Positions 1 to 12,410 of a stretch of DNA of 64,000 nucleotides are shown here, piece by piece. The position numbers and the translations under genes were made by a program. Source of the stretch: Naegleria gruberi (taxonomy: Eukaryota); NCBI GenBank assembly GCA_000004985.1, contig GG738846.1; one strand, written 5' to 3'. Position 1 is the stretch's first letter; each line of letters starts with the position of its first letter. The notes beneath the pieces were generated by a model that worked only from the letters and a program-made list of their open reading frames with translations, was not told the DNA's origin and searched no databases.

Positions 1-792
1 GGCAAATTAATTGCAGGTACTACAGATCAACCAACTAATTTAGATGAACGTCCTTCACCAACTAGCTCTGAAATTGATTTTATTTTAGATACAATGAAAT
101 CTTGCCTCAATGTTCCACTTTCAAGGGAGGATATTTCATCTTCATGGACAGGAATTAGGCCTCTCGTAAAACCTCCAACCAATTCATCGGAAGGAACAAA
201 GAGTATCTCCAGAGAGCATTATATTGACACGAGCAAGAATTCTTTAATAACTGTAGCTGGCGGAAAGTGGACAACATTCAGAAAGATTGGAGAAGATACC
301 ATAGATATGGCATTGACCGTTTTATTTAAAAAATCCCCAAATTTAGCCATTGTTATGGATCCATTATCCAAGACAAGGGACATTCCATTAATTGGTGCCT
401 CAAAGGAATGGGAAAATATCAAACAAGTTAACAATAGTCCATCTTCATCCATTAGTGATGAGACATGGGATCATCTGAAACATTTTTATGGAGATAGAGC
501 TACTGAAGTATTGGAGCTCTCAGAAAAGTCAAAACTCACCAGCAAACTCTCAGAAAAGTATCCAATCATTGAAGGAGAAGTTCTCTATCAAGTTAAAAAC
601 GAAATGGCACTCAAAGCACACGATATTATTGCCTATAGAATGAGTTTAATGTTCATTGATAGAAATGAATCAAAAAATATTGCAAGAAGAGTAGTTGATG
701 TAATGGGTGATTATTATAAGTGGAATGATCAAAGGAGATTGAAGGAATACCAAGAAACCATTTCATATATTGATGAATGCACAAAAAATTAA
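1..792 (+). CDS. FAD-dependent (mitochondrial) glycerol-3-phosphate dehydrogenase, C-terminal part (5' end outside window)
   Basis: Frame 1 is open from nt 1 (GKLIAGTTDQPTNLDERPSP...). It continues into track ORF 94..792. Motifs GGKWTTFR, WTGIRPLV and the C-terminal alpha-helical DAO_C-like region match GUT2/GPD2-type enzymes. Confidence 0.75.
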   Translation, partial: GKLIAGTTDQPTNLDERPSPTSSEIDFILDTMKSCLNVPLSREDISSSWTGIRPLVKPPTNSSEGTKSISREHYIDTSKNSLITVAGGKWTTFRKIGEDTIDMALTVLFKKSPNLAIVMDPLSKTRDIPLIGASKEWENIKQVNNSPSSSISDETWDHLKHFYGDRATEVLELSEKSKLTSKLSEKYPIIEGEVLYQVKNEMALKAHDIIAYRMSLMFIDRNESKNIARRVVDVMGDYYKWNDQRRLKEYQETISYIDECTKN

Positions 793-870
793 TTCTTGAA
801 TTTATGAGAGACTATGTGGTTGACTTGATGATATTACTTTATTTCTGATAAATAAATTTCAACTAAAAAA

Positions 871-1857
871 ATGTCTCACTATTTGCCAACCACACTCTCA
901 ACATATGTTCTGGCAACTAATACAGCCTTGTTCAGTTTTATTTTACTCCTGTTAATATCATGTTTTTTATTATTGTGGATAACAAGTAGAGTGAAAGGAA
1001 ATAAGAATCAATTAAATAATAATTTGATGATTGCACTACATGTTTCTGTGACTGTAAAATTATGTAATATCGGAATGATTTGCCTTTTTTTATTAATAAT
1101 ACAATCAGCTGTATTTATTTGGTATGGATGGATGTTTGATCAAAGTGGCCAATATCAAATTGTTCACTTGTCAGGATCAATAATTTTAGTTATTTTGGAT
1201 TATTTATTTCAGGTTGCATTGACATTGTTCGTATCAACTCTATCTTTTGAATGTATTAGGAAAGCTTGCAAAGTTTCAATTATCAAATATCATGGAAAAT
1301 GGTTTTCAATTTTATGTTCAATTTTAATATTTGTCACTATTTTCACACCCTTTTTTGCTTATATTGTCACACCTATAGCTTTTATTTTACACCAATTTTG
1401 TTCATTTGTTTCACCAGGAATTGTGGAAAGTGCTACCTGGTCTTCAAATCTAGTACATGCGTCAGTGATAGGATGGTGCTCAATCACAATGATTGGATTT
1501 GGATTAAAATTGAGGAATGAAAATAATCATCTTGTTGATCATTTAGATAATGATTTTAATGAAAACGAAACTCAAGTTTCATTGAAATCAAAACAAGCTG
1601 GAAATTTATTTATTTTCATATCAATTGCATTATTGTTATATTGTTTAATATTCCTCATCCAAAATTCATTTTTGCAAATACCACAAATCTATTCCAGAGA
1701 ATTGAGTAGTTTGAGCTCGAACACAACCTCTGTAAATATTCATTTGTGGTTGAACATTATACCTCAATTCTATAATCCTATCTTGTTCCTAGTTTTTGGA
1801 CTTTGTCTTGGAAAATTCAACAGCGTTAGAGATCTAGATATGTACATTAATCAATAA
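871..1857 (+). CDS. polytopic membrane protein (about 7-8 predicted TM helices), function unknown
   Basis: 328-aa ORF with repeated 20-25 residue hydrophobic stretches. No recognisable catalytic motif. Confidence 0.45.
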   Translation: MSHYLPTTLSTYVLATNTALFSFILLLLISCFLLLWITSRVKGNKNQLNNNLMIALHVSVTVKLCNIGMICLFLLIIQSAVFIWYGWMFDQSGQYQIVHLSGSIILVILDYLFQVALTLFVSTLSFECIRKACKVSIIKYHGKWFSILCSILIFVTIFTPFFAYIVTPIAFILHQFCSFVSPGIVESATWSSNLVHASVIGWCSITMIGFGLKLRNENNHLVDHLDNDFNENETQVSLKSKQAGNLFIFISIALLLYCLIFLIQNSFLQIPQIYSRELSSLSSNTTSVNIHLWLNIIPQFYNPILFLVFGLCLGKFNSVRDLDMYINQ

Positions 1858-1868
1858 ATTATTATTAT

Positions 1869-4800
1869 TTAATTATCTGAAGAACTACAAATTGGACAAG
1901 CCACAACTCCGTTATTATTTGTAAAACATCCCTTATGGAAAACAAGTTTACATGATTGACACTTGATAACCTGGCTAATGTTAAAGTCATAAATTGGACC
2001 TGTTGCACAAGAAGCACATAAATTCTTTGCCTTTGTTTGACATAATCCACACTGATTAATTATGTGTTCACTTAAAATATGGAATAGTTTGGAAAGTTTT
2101 TGTAAAAATGGAGAATCAACTTGTTTCATGTTCAATTCTTCTAAATTCTTAATACTATACATTTCAGTATCGGTCAGGTAGTGTAATCTGTGTTGTAAAT
2201 TATGTTGTTTGATTAAATTGTCTTTCATTGGACATCTGGAAACATATTCCCATTGGATGATTAATCTCTTTCTGATCATTCTGGCTGCTCCAAGATTTTG
2301 AATTTCATCAAATAATGTTGGTTTTATGGCACTGACACAAATAATTGGTTGTCTGTGAACACTTTTAAGATATTTGGAGGCTTCATCGCAAACTTTGTAT
2401 GGTTTGAAATCCCAACTACCCAATATCTTTGCTGGAATAACTTCTGTACAGGTATTGGAATGACATTTGGTACAATAGTATTTGTTTGTATAATTACAAT
2501 AACGTGGCTTTTTGAGGAATCCGTAATCTTTCCAAATCTCTCTACCACATGGACACTTATCACCTTGTAATTGAATTTGCTTTGTTTGATCTAACTTTTG
2601 AGCATTCTTAGCTTGTTCATCCTCTTCAAGAATTAATTGATAGTCAACATCATTAATGATAGACATTATATCACTACCATCTTCGGTGAGTGCCTCATCA
2701 TTGTTTTGATCGAATAACAAGTCACGATTATCCATAGCCGATAAAGTAGTTGACTTGTTAGAAATTGTTGAGGAAGGAGGTGGTACCATCTTTTCAACAA
2801 ATACGAAATCATCACTTTCTTCTCTCTTAACTGGTGTTGTTTGTGATTCCTTATCAGCTAGTGCTACAGTGTTGCTGGTTGTTGGTGGATTGGATTTAAG
2901 TGTTTCAATTTCAGCATCTTTTGTTCCTAATTGCTCATTTGCTTGTTCGAGTGATTGTTTAACAAGTTGAATTTCTTGTTTGATAATCTCATTTTCAGAT
3001 TCTCTTGTTTTGAGATTAACTTTGGTCTGTTCAAGTGATTGTTTTAGAGCTTCAATTTCTTGCTGCATTTGTGATATCTTATTTTCAAACTCAATTTGCT
3101 TGTTAGATAATTCAGAACGTTTAGATTCCAGCTCTGTTTCAATTTTTGTCCTTTGATCCATTAATTCTTTTTCCTTCTTTTTGTAAATTTGTTCTTGAAT
3201 TTCACACTTGTTAGAAATTTGAATCTCCTTCAGTTTCAATCTATCTTCTCTATATCTGACCTTTTCAGCAAGAATTGAAACATCCAATAATGAGGTTGAA
3301 TGAGGAAGAGTGTCTTCAATAATAATGTCTTTTCTTTCTGAGTATTGCATCCTTTCTAAAATGTTTTCGTATCTGTCCTTTTTGGCTTTCATTGAAATTT
3401 GTAAATCTTCAGATTTTAACAATGGATGAATATAACTCTTAAAAAAAGAATACATTTCACTGGCTGTTAATAATTTCTGGGCTGATTCAACATTACGATC
3501 AAAATCAACAATTATCACCTTTTGTTCTTGTTGTGGAGGTTGATCAGCATCATCAATTTCTGTAGCGTCTTCTTCAAATTCAGATAAAGTGTCAGAATCA
3601 GCAGACTCAGAACCAAGTAAAGAGTCAACTTCTAGATCAACCCTGTTAAGTGGAGGAGCTAATGATACATTTTCAGATAATTGAGCAATATTCGAAACAG
3701 TCAATTCAAGTTTTGGTTCTTCTATGGTTTCAATCTTGTCGGTTTGTTCCTCAAGCTGAATAGATATTACTGAATCCTTCTGTTCTTGTGTTGGAGAGAT
3801 CTTTTCCGATTCTTCTTTTGGAGGGCTTTCAACAACTGGACTAACAGTTTCGGTTGAAATTTGTATCTTAACTTCTTCCTCCTTCGATGATGTTGGAATA
3901 GCCCCTTGTTTGATTTCACTCTCAGGTTGAACAATATCTGAAGAATCATGAATTTCAGGTGTTGTTCCTCTAGACGTCTCTTCTGATATGAAATAGGATT
4001 CCATAGCTGCAATGATGGAATTTTCAGAATCATTGTCAGAGAATGAGTCATTTGTCTCTACCTTTGGAGAAAGCTCAAATGCTCTCCAGTATGGCAGCAC
4101 TTTATCAAGCTCCTTTTCGAAGATATCCTGTAAAACCTTGGCCATTCTAACCTGAGGTGATGACTCTAAATGGAACATGAACGAATTCGTAAATACGGTT
4201 TGTATATCCCTAATAAATTCATCAATATAGACATAGTGAGATTTTTCAAAGTTAGTTTTGATGATTGTAAAATCTATAGGTTTTTTGATAAACTTGGAAT
4301 AATCTCTAAATTCGGCGAGCTTTTCATTAACAGGAGAGTTGAAATGGGATGCATATTTATGGCTCATAAGAATGGAAAGAATTCGTGTCATATTATCTCT
4401 AAGTTCTGAATTGTCTCTGAGACTGGATGAAAATCTTGGAGGTGGAGTTGACAGCAGACTAATATCATTAATCTTTGAAGAGGTATTTTCTGGGGTGGAT
4501 GAAATTTCCTGAGATGATATATTTTCTTCTTTTTGAGCCAGAATATCTATTGGTTTGGATTGTTCTACTTGTTGAGTTTGAATTGAAGGAGGTATTATTT
4601 CTTCAATGAATTGGTTTTCTTGAATTTCCTGATTAATATTAACCTCTTGTTTTGAAACCTCTTCAGTTGATTCTAAAATATCGTTATTCTCCTCTATAGA
4701 AGAGATATTCTCAATAGGAGTATCCTTAGGAGTTTCAATATTTTCTATAGATATTGTGTTAGAAATAGTAGGCTGTTGTTCCTCTGATTTTTCCTCTAAT

Positions 4801-5974
4801 TTTTCATTTACCTGCTGTTCAGCAATTGCTGTAGGAATGGTAGATGAATCATCATCGACCCTAGCATCTTGTTCAGTAGGATGCGTAACAACAACCTGCT
4901 CATCTTTAGAGATTTTTTCAATAGTTTTTTCCAGTTTTTCTTGGCCAACACTGTTTGATACTTCTTGATTTGATTGAGTGATCATACTCGATTCTAACTG
5001 GTTCGATTGAACATTCTCGGATTGATTAGGCACTGATGAGAAATCATCTAGTAAATCAACTGGATCTTCCCTTATGACTTTTCTTTCAATTGTTGTGGTG
5101 GAAACTGTTCCAAAATCCTTTTCAACACTGGTGTTGGTTGTAGGCGTAATAGGTGTTGGAGTACTTGGTAGCGATTGTTTAAAGCTTGTACTCTTATCAC
5201 TTTCACTGGTAGCACTTGTTGGAGTTAAATCCTCCGATCCAATACTGCTACTTGTTGCAGTGTTTGTATCAATTGTTTTTTTATCCAATTTAGTCTTCTT
5301 TTTCTTTTCAGTTTTTTCAGGTTTAACCTTCTTTTCAGTTTTCTTTTTTTTACGAGTTGATGTCACAACAATTTCATCCTCTTCCATGTTGGTTATTTCC
5401 TTGCTTTTTTTTGTTTTAAATATCCAAATGGATTTGAAAAGGAAACTTACAAATTAAAGTTAATTGTTGAAAGAGGAGATACTAAACTCTTTAAAAATAA
5501 TATTTCCTCATCCATAAAGAATAAATCATTCACTCGCTCATTGTAAAATTTCTCTTTTGGTATCATTGAAAATAGGTCAACCAAATCAATTAATATTTTC
5601 TCATTCAAAGTTAATTTAATAATAGAACTATCATGTGACTCAAAATTTTGTAATTGTTTAACTTTTGATTTTAAATCTGATTTGTCAATGCTGAACGTCT
5701 TGTTCAGAGGAAATTGAGAAAAATTTGTATAAATATATCGGAAAATGTCTTGTAAAGTAATGGATGCCACCAATCCATCGGAAAATAAACGATGTAAAGT
5801 TTCACTATTGATGATGTTTAAATTAATAATAATTTAGTTGACATGTGTTTCAGCAGCAACCTACCATAATTCATTGGCTCCTTTAGACTCTTCATCAATT
5901 TCTGGCAATGTTAATGAGGCTTGAAATATTGTCTTGATGGCCATCTTGACCATCTGCAGTCGCTCCGAAAACAT
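1869..5974 (-). CDS. Rubicon-like protein: N-terminal RUN-like block, atypical bromodomain, coiled coil, C-terminal Cys-rich Rubicon-homology (DUF4206-like) domain
   Basis: Track ORFs 1869..5387 and 5447..5773 join through a 47-nt GTAAGT...AAAAAG intron (about 5404..5450). A further 5' exon (about 5865..5974, MFSERLQMVKMAIK...) joins via a 60-nt GTAGGT...AATAG intron. The RUN block reads LCETLHRLFSDGL. The bromodomain (about nt 4090..4400) aligns with BRD4 BD1 (FNSPV..DY.KFIKKPIDFTIIK..VFTNSFMFH). The C-terminal 230 aa are rich in CxxC pairs, as in Rubicon, PLEKHM1 and DEF8. Confidence 0.7.
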
Positions 5975-6078
5975 TTTTCAAAAAAAAAATTTGATGAGAG
6001 TGTTACACCACTTGAATAGATCTTGATTTTTTTTTCGGAGTTGGAAAATTTTATTTTTCCTTTAACATTCCAACATTA

Positions 6079-7393
6079 CTACAATTCTGAATAGAGTGAT
6101 TCTAATCCTTGGCCTAATTCCCAAATCATCACACCTGCCAATCTCTTCTCCTTTACAAAATCAACTCTTGACTTGATGGACTCAAGAGTTGGGTAGGCCA
6201 CCAATGTGATTTTATCAGGTTGTACAAACTCAAAAATGTGCTCTCTGGCCTCACTATCCCAAATTATACTATGAAGTGTTTGTGTATTATTCAATAATTC
6301 TTTCAATTTGGAACCAAGAATATGATCCAATTTAGTTTGTTTTGGTGTAAGATATTTTGAAATGAGGACTGTAGCTTCTTCAGTGGAATCCTTAATTAAA
6401 TCTGATAATAGAGAATTGGTATTTTCCATTTCAATTTGAATGCCATAAAAATTTAAGCCAACAAATAACTTTTGAGCGATATTGGTGTTTGAGCCACTCA
6501 ATGTAAAATAATTAACTGTTTGGTCAATAAATCCCTCAAGAGGACCATTGAAAATATACTTTTGAGAAGTGTCCTTAGAGCTCATATGAGAGAAATAATC
6601 ATAGGTCATTAATAAAAATCCATCAACATATGGTTCAATTTCAATTAAATGTTCAACTCTGAACAATGCTGAAAACTTTTGTTCATTTCTCGTTGGGGGA
6701 ACAAGAGATGGAACAACCAAATGAATTTCTCCCTTTTTGTTCAAGCTGTTTACCTTTTCCCTTAAAGATTTCATAAAATCTACAATAATGTGTTTAATTT
6801 GATCCATAGGTAAAAATCCAACCTCTACAACAATTCCATCCAAGTCGTAGGCTCTTATGAGTTGTCCTATTTTATCAATAATTGGCTGATGTAAATTCTT
6901 GTTGAATTTTGGTTGACCATAAAAATATCTAACTTGTTCTTGACCCCAATGGGAATAATCGAATTGAACTCTTGGTAAAATCTTGGCTAAGATTCATGAA
7001 TTATTATCATTCAAAATTCATTAAATAATTACCTCCAATATTTTGTTTTTTCACTTGTTTAATCCAATTCATGTCCACATCTTGAATTCCTGTAATTTGA
7101 AATGGAGAGTTTGGTTTTTGTTGGGATGGTCGAATTTGTAACCAAACAGGACTAATTAATTTAACTTTTTCATGTGTTTTGGCAACATTATATCCATTGC
7201 TATTCCATGGTGTGACAAAACCTAACACTTTATTTGATCTAAGAGAGGCGCTACTGCCAGTCTCGGAAAGTAATTTTTCAATAACTTGTTCCTTTTCATT
7301 TTCCGATAATTTTCTCAAGGTACTTTGAATACTGCTGCTACTAGTGATCAAAAACAAGATGAGAAATAATGTAAATAAAAGGGATGTTTGCAT
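6079..7393 (-). CDS. CHID1: chitinase domain-containing protein 1 (CHID1/SI-CLP-like GH18 family), secreted
   Basis: Two exons (about 7033..7393 and 6079..6986) joined by a 46-nt GTAATT...CTTAG intron. Signal peptide, then VLGFVTPWNSNGYNVAK...ISPVWLQI, GIVVEVG, LLMTYDY and the C-terminal GVMIWELGQGLESLYSEL. This aligns along the whole length with human CHID1. Confidence 0.8.
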
Positions 7394-7435
7394 TTTTTTT
7401 TAAAATTTTAAATTAAATATTAATCAAACATTTCA

Positions 7436-8371
7436 CTAAAAGTATCTTCTGTCATTGATATCATCAGAAACTTGGCTCCCACTATCTGATTCCTCTTGGT
7501 CATTCATTTCCATATGGCCCATTGTCTCAATATCACTCTTGTAGGAATAACACCTCTTAATAGAAACAATAGTTAAAGGAATTACGAAAAATGCAAAAAT
7601 TGCACCAGATGCAATCAAAAAACCCAATGCCAGATATCCTGCCAAACTTGTCAATTGAGATCTTCCTGGATAATAAAAATCAATTGTTCTTTCATAAAAT
7701 CCAATAACGCTCTTATCAAGAGGATTAACGTAGCAAGATCTTGTTTCCATAATTTTGGAAAACATGAGATATTGAGCTGGTATGGCTGTTGAATTTTCGT
7801 TACCAGGGAAGTGAATATTTAAAATGTCGCCACTTTGTAAAGGTTTAAAGTTCTCATCTGTTTTATATGAAACTACAAACTCATCAATTGTAATTTCATT
7901 TCTTTGGCTGACACCATCACTTGAATAATTTACCAATGCTTTGCATAATTTGAATTCCAATTTATCCGTAGACACTGTAATACCATCAACTATTACAAGG
8001 TGATCCCTTTCATCATCCGATAAGTAATGTAAGTGATCGAAAAAATCAGAAAATTTCCATTTATCTTTTGTGACAAGTAAGTCCTCCAAATCAGATTCAG
8101 TACAATTCACGGACAAATCCCTGACTGTACAAGATATTACATCAGAAAGTAAAGGATCATCTTTAGAATTTCGGGCTAAAATTGTTGATGAAGCGTAAAC
8201 ATAGAGGAATAGAGTGGCCAAACCAACAATAATCAGAAAAATCAAACAACAAATAATATTAAAAATTGATAAAATTGACAATCGGATGAGAGCCTTTTTT
8301 TTGATAGAACTCCTCTCCAAGGAGTGTTCATTATTTCTGGATAACACGTCTCTAGAAACAATACTGTGCAT
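7436..8371 (-). CDS. membrane protein with N- and C-terminal TM segments and an acidic tail, unknown function
   Basis: 311-aa ORF with hydrophobic stretches LIRLSILSIFNIICCLIFLIIVGLATLFLYV and LAGYLALGFLIASGAIFAFFVIPLTIV. No known domain recognised. Confidence 0.4.
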   Translation of the reverse strand: MHSIVSRDVLSRNNEHSLERSSIKKKALIRLSILSIFNIICCLIFLIIVGLATLFLYVYASSTILARNSKDDPLLSDVISCTVRDLSVNCTESDLEDLLVTKDKWKFSDFFDHLHYLSDDERDHLVIVDGITVSTDKLEFKLCKALVNYSSDGVSQRNEITIDEFVVSYKTDENFKPLQSGDILNIHFPGNENSTAIPAQYLMFSKIMETRSCYVNPLDKSVIGFYERTIDFYYPGRSQLTSLAGYLALGFLIASGAIFAFFVIPLTIVSIKRCYSYKSDIETMGHMEMNDQEESDSGSQVSDDINDRRYF

Positions 8372-8497
8372 TTTTTTTAAATTTAGTTTTGAATAAGATT
8401 AAAATTCAATTTATTATTTTAGTAATATGACTTGAAACTAGTTTAAATAAATTTAATTTTAATCAATTTTCAATTTATTGAAAATTTTGAATGAAAA

Positions 8498-10651
8498 TCA
8501 ATCAATGATTTGAGTCAAATTTATTAATTGAAAATGAATGGAAAAGGATAACTTTGGTCCAACAAAAGAAAATAATTGTTCATTGCTAATAAATTCCTTC
8601 AAAACCTTACGAACATTAAGATGACGATCTATCCATTCCTTCTTTAGTTTGGAGGAAAGAAAATTCTTTTCATAATATGAGTTTAGTCCAAATGTAACAC
8701 AACCATAATCTAAACAATTAACAACAATATCAAATCTATCCAAAATTTCTAATGGAAGTGTTGGATTTTTGGAGAGAACACTCGAAAACGTATTAAAAAC
8801 AAAATCCACTAATTTCACCATATTGTTAGCAGTAATTCTTGTTGAAAAGTGAATAGGAGGTGATAGTAGAACTATTTGTTCAATAGAACAAGACAACTTG
8901 TGGTCTTGCTTATACTTGAACTCTTTTCTGTCAAAATAATCCATTCCACTTAAAGAAAACAAGTCATAATCTATGGGAATAGCTTGGCTGTCGGCATGTT
9001 GATAGTAGTAAATGGATCGGCTCTTATTCCATTTTATCATGAATAGAAACCCATTGCTTAGACCATTGAAATTGGGATCATGGCTCTTATTGGAATAAAT
9101 AGTCCTTTCTATGAAATCATCCTTATAGTACAGAGAAGTAACAAGGTCCTCCATTGTCTTGGCACAACATTTCACAACAAGAGTATCCTTATCAAATTCA
9201 ATCTCATCTCTCTGCAAATCAAAACACCAATCAAATCTTAGTGAAGAAAATGAATAGTTAGAACACTTTCCAGAGTTATTCCTTGTAAATATTGATCCAT
9301 CAGAGAGTAAATAACCAAAATCTTGAAAAAACTCTCTATGAACACCACAATTAATCAAAATACCATTATGTTGATACTGTTTTGAATTTTCTTCACAGAG
9401 TGACCTTACTAGATATTCGTGCACTCCCGAGGGAATGTTTACAGTTACTTCATAGGATACCAAGGAAAGTGAAACTGTAATAGATTGAGGATAAATATCA
9501 CTACCGATCTTCATATGGAATGAACCGTAGTCGGTTGTATCAGTGATCATAAAATCTGTAACCTGTGACAGTGTTTTAAACTGATATGAACATTCTTGTT
9601 GAGCCTTCTCTTGATGGACTTTGTATGTTGCACTATTACAATAATTCGATAATGATTGATTTAACCTTTTGGAAAAACTATTCCAATAAGTTGTGGGAAA
9701 GGTGGCATTGTTAAAACCCTCTTGTAGAAGATATCTCGTCAAACCTCTGTTTTGTATTTTTAAAAATGATTCTCTGTTTAGCATTCTTATTATGAGAATG
9801 GGAGATTTGATTGCCGTTGGATTGAAGTATTGTAATGGTACACATGATTGAGAAGTAATGTTATGGAATAGAATTGCAAATAAGTTGTTATCATCATATT
9901 CACGGTTGTTAATATCTTCTAAAATGTCTGGTAATACAAGTATCAAATTATTCCTTAACAGTAAATTACTTTTTTTACAATGTGAAAAGAGACGGTTGTA
10001 GAGTGGAATTATGGCATCAGCAACAGGTTCAACAAGATGTGAAAATACAAAATCTAAAACAAAACTTTCTTCTCTTGAATTGGAAAATTCCTTCTTATTC
10101 ACTTCCGAATATTGTTCTTCAAGAGATGCTGGTTGTATCAAAGTAGTAGACTTGTCGTTTTCTACAACTTGATTGTATTCTTGTTGAATCTTATTCTGAA
10201 GAGATAACAGAGTGTGTTCAGTATCGAAAACGGTGAGCAATTCACATTCATAAAAACCTTCCGTTAAAAAGGCAATTGTGATACCGAGTCTATTATTTCT
10301 ATCAATAATGTTATCAGTTTGTTCATTAAATATTATTCTTTTGAATAAAATTATTTTCAATTTCAAACCTTGTTCATTGATGAGAATATTGGAGAGGAAA
10401 GGTACTTTTCCATTATTCTTGTTATCAGAAGATATGTTGGAATTATAATGTTGTTCTTGATGGATATTATTATTTTGGAAGGAAATAGTAGTAGTATTGA
10501 GTAGTAAATCATTACTACTATCAATATGTGATGGTACTTTGATTGAAGAACATAGATCTTTTAAATTTTGTTCAATTAATTCTTCTAAAAGAGATTCAAC
10601 AATCCATTCGATTTTTGTCTTGTCATCTTGTTGATATTTACTTCCTAGCAT
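8498..10651 (-). CDS. hypothetical protein (717 aa)
   Basis: Long uninterrupted ORF with a coding-like composition. No motif recognised. Confidence 0.45.
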   Translation of the reverse strand: MLGSKYQQDDKTKIEWIVESLLEELIEQNLKDLCSSIKVPSHIDSSNDLLLNTTTISFQNNNIHQEQHYNSNISSDNKNNGKVPFLSNILINEQGLKLKIILFKRIIFNEQTDNIIDRNNRLGITIAFLTEGFYECELLTVFDTEHTLLSLQNKIQQEYNQVVENDKSTTLIQPASLEEQYSEVNKKEFSNSREESFVLDFVFSHLVEPVADAIIPLYNRLFSHCKKSNLLLRNNLILVLPDILEDINNREYDDNNLFAILFHNITSQSCVPLQYFNPTAIKSPILIIRMLNRESFLKIQNRGLTRYLLQEGFNNATFPTTYWNSFSKRLNQSLSNYCNSATYKVHQEKAQQECSYQFKTLSQVTDFMITDTTDYGSFHMKIGSDIYPQSITVSLSLVSYEVTVNIPSGVHEYLVRSLCEENSKQYQHNGILINCGVHREFFQDFGYLLSDGSIFTRNNSGKCSNYSFSSLRFDWCFDLQRDEIEFDKDTLVVKCCAKTMEDLVTSLYYKDDFIERTIYSNKSHDPNFNGLSNGFLFMIKWNKSRSIYYYQHADSQAIPIDYDLFSLSGMDYFDRKEFKYKQDHKLSCSIEQIVLLSPPIHFSTRITANNMVKLVDFVFNTFSSVLSKNPTLPLEILDRFDIVVNCLDYGCVTFGLNSYYEKNFLSSKLKKEWIDRHLNVRKVLKEFISNEQLFSFVGPKLSFSIHFQLINLTQIID

Positions 10652-11858
10652 TTTAGAATTACTAGTTTACTTTAAAACTATTAAACAAGCTACAACTAGG
10701 TATTATTATTAGGAAGTGATTATCCACATAATTTTTTCAATTATTATTATTTATTAGAAAATATAATTGTTATTGCATGTTGATTATTATTATTGATATT
10801 TAAAAACATTGTATTGCTGTTTTTGGCGGGAATGGAACAATTCCACAATGGTTTTGGATTGTTCACTCAAACGAAAGAACCAATATAGCAAGCGTTTTCA
10901 ATGACAGTAGTTTTTCACAATTCTGTCAATTGTATAAACTATATTTCACTGATCAAAATAATTGTATAAATCTTTCATGTATGGGTCATGACAGATTAGT
11001 ACTATGGAACAGAGATGTGGATTGTTGTGGTAAACCAATTCTTTAAGAGTCTCACTCCTATAAAATCATGTTTCAAATTCAATCGATGTGAGAAAAGATC
11101 TGAAATTCATAAGTTTTCAAATAGTTCCAACTTATCTGGTCACTGTTATTTCAAGTAAAAGCGCAAAAAAGAAAGAGATAGTATAAATGATAATCTTTAC
11201 TATTACATTTTCACATCACGTCCATTTTGTTAAAATATTATTCTAATAGTTTTTGTTGAATATTGATACTGAATAATAGTAGTATTGTTATAACTCAAAC
11301 AATTTCATTCATTTACTTTTTTGAAATTTTATCTTCCTAATTGCGTAAAATAGAGAAGTGAATCAAAAACATCTGGAGAATCCTATTTGTGTGAAGCCAA
11401 CGTAAAAGGAACATTCAGCGCAAAGTGTGATTTTATACGCCATAAATGTTTCTTCATGACTCACTTCGGCGCTAAAAGTTTGCGCATCATATTAATAGAC
11501 GCGTTAAAAATTCAGTGCTCCAAAAAACATCAAAAAAAAACCATTCTTCTCTCCCTTACACTTGTTAAAATTTTTTAGCATACAAGGCAGACGTTATTTT
11601 CATCACAGAGAAACCTTGCCAAAATATTTTTTCTAAAACCCGCTTTTTCTCTCAATACGCGCCTGATTGCCTCACCCCTCAACAACAACTTCCACAACTA
11701 GGCTTTAAAAACTTGTGTACAGATACATCTTCATCATTCCTTTCTAGTTTCCCTTCTCCTGTTTCAACAATAACTCTAATCATCACCGGATATAACTCTA
11801 TTTATTCACTACATCCTTTCCCTAGCATTTACTAAACATCACAACTCCTAACAACACC

Positions 11859-12410
11859 ATGAATTTCTATTCAGCTTCATCATCATCTTGTACAAATAAT
11901 ACCATGTCAACCAAGTTACACCAACCATCCACATCCAGCCAGCCTACTTTATACATGGATGTACAAGAGACTTTTAGCGACTTTACTCTAAACGGTTCAG
12001 ACATTTCTCCAACCACCACTCCAACTAGATTCAATGATTTGTCAGTTTTTAATATTGACAATGATGACGAAGAAGGTTATTCCACACCAACGGGTGATAT
12101 AACCTTTGTGCCTGAAGAAAGTTGGGTTTACTCAACACCAACCAAGGCAAGAGGAGAACCTGTATGCCCTGGTGCTCCTAAAAGAAAGAATAATATCAAT
12201 GATGATTCTTTTTCTAGTTCTCACTCCCTCTCCTTTTCACAATCCCTCCCTTCTGACAACGTCATTTCTCCAAAGAGAGGAATTACCAAGCAAAAAAAGT
12301 ATAGAAAGACCTCTCCTTCTGCTGCATTTGTAAGAAGACGTAGCTTCCCTAACATTAGACTTGATTTTAGTGATATCGATGTTAGTGACGAAGGACAAAA
12401 CACCAACTAG
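11859..12410 (+). CDS. Ser/Thr/Pro-rich hypothetical protein (183 aa)
   Basis: ORF lying in an otherwise long intergenic region. Low-complexity composition and weak support. Confidence 0.3.
   Translation: MNFYSASSSSCTNNTMSTKLHQPSTSSQPTLYMDVQETFSDFTLNGSDISPTTTPTRFNDLSVFNIDNDDEEGYSTPTGDITFVPEESWVYSTPTKARGEPVCPGAPKRKNNINDDSFSSSHSLSFSQSLPSDNVISPKRGITKQKKYRKTSPSAAFVRRRSFPNIRLDFSDIDVSDEGQNTN

Noticed and set aside
219-5457. Short ORFs nested in or antisense to the G3PDH, 7-TM and Rubicon-like genes (for example 219..452, 1266..1520, 2324..2563, 2755..2970, 4756..4968, 5074..5457)
   Set aside because: All overlap longer ORFs that carry recognisable domains. Their compositions (Ser/Val/Leu-rich from antisense of Glu/Lys-rich coding) are typical of spurious frames.
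10652-11858. Coding or RNA feature in the 1.2-kb gap containing ORF 11387..11578
   Set aside because: The ORF is short, has no codon bias or motif, and the region is AT-rich with homopolymer runs. It is most simply a long bidirectional promoter/UTR region.
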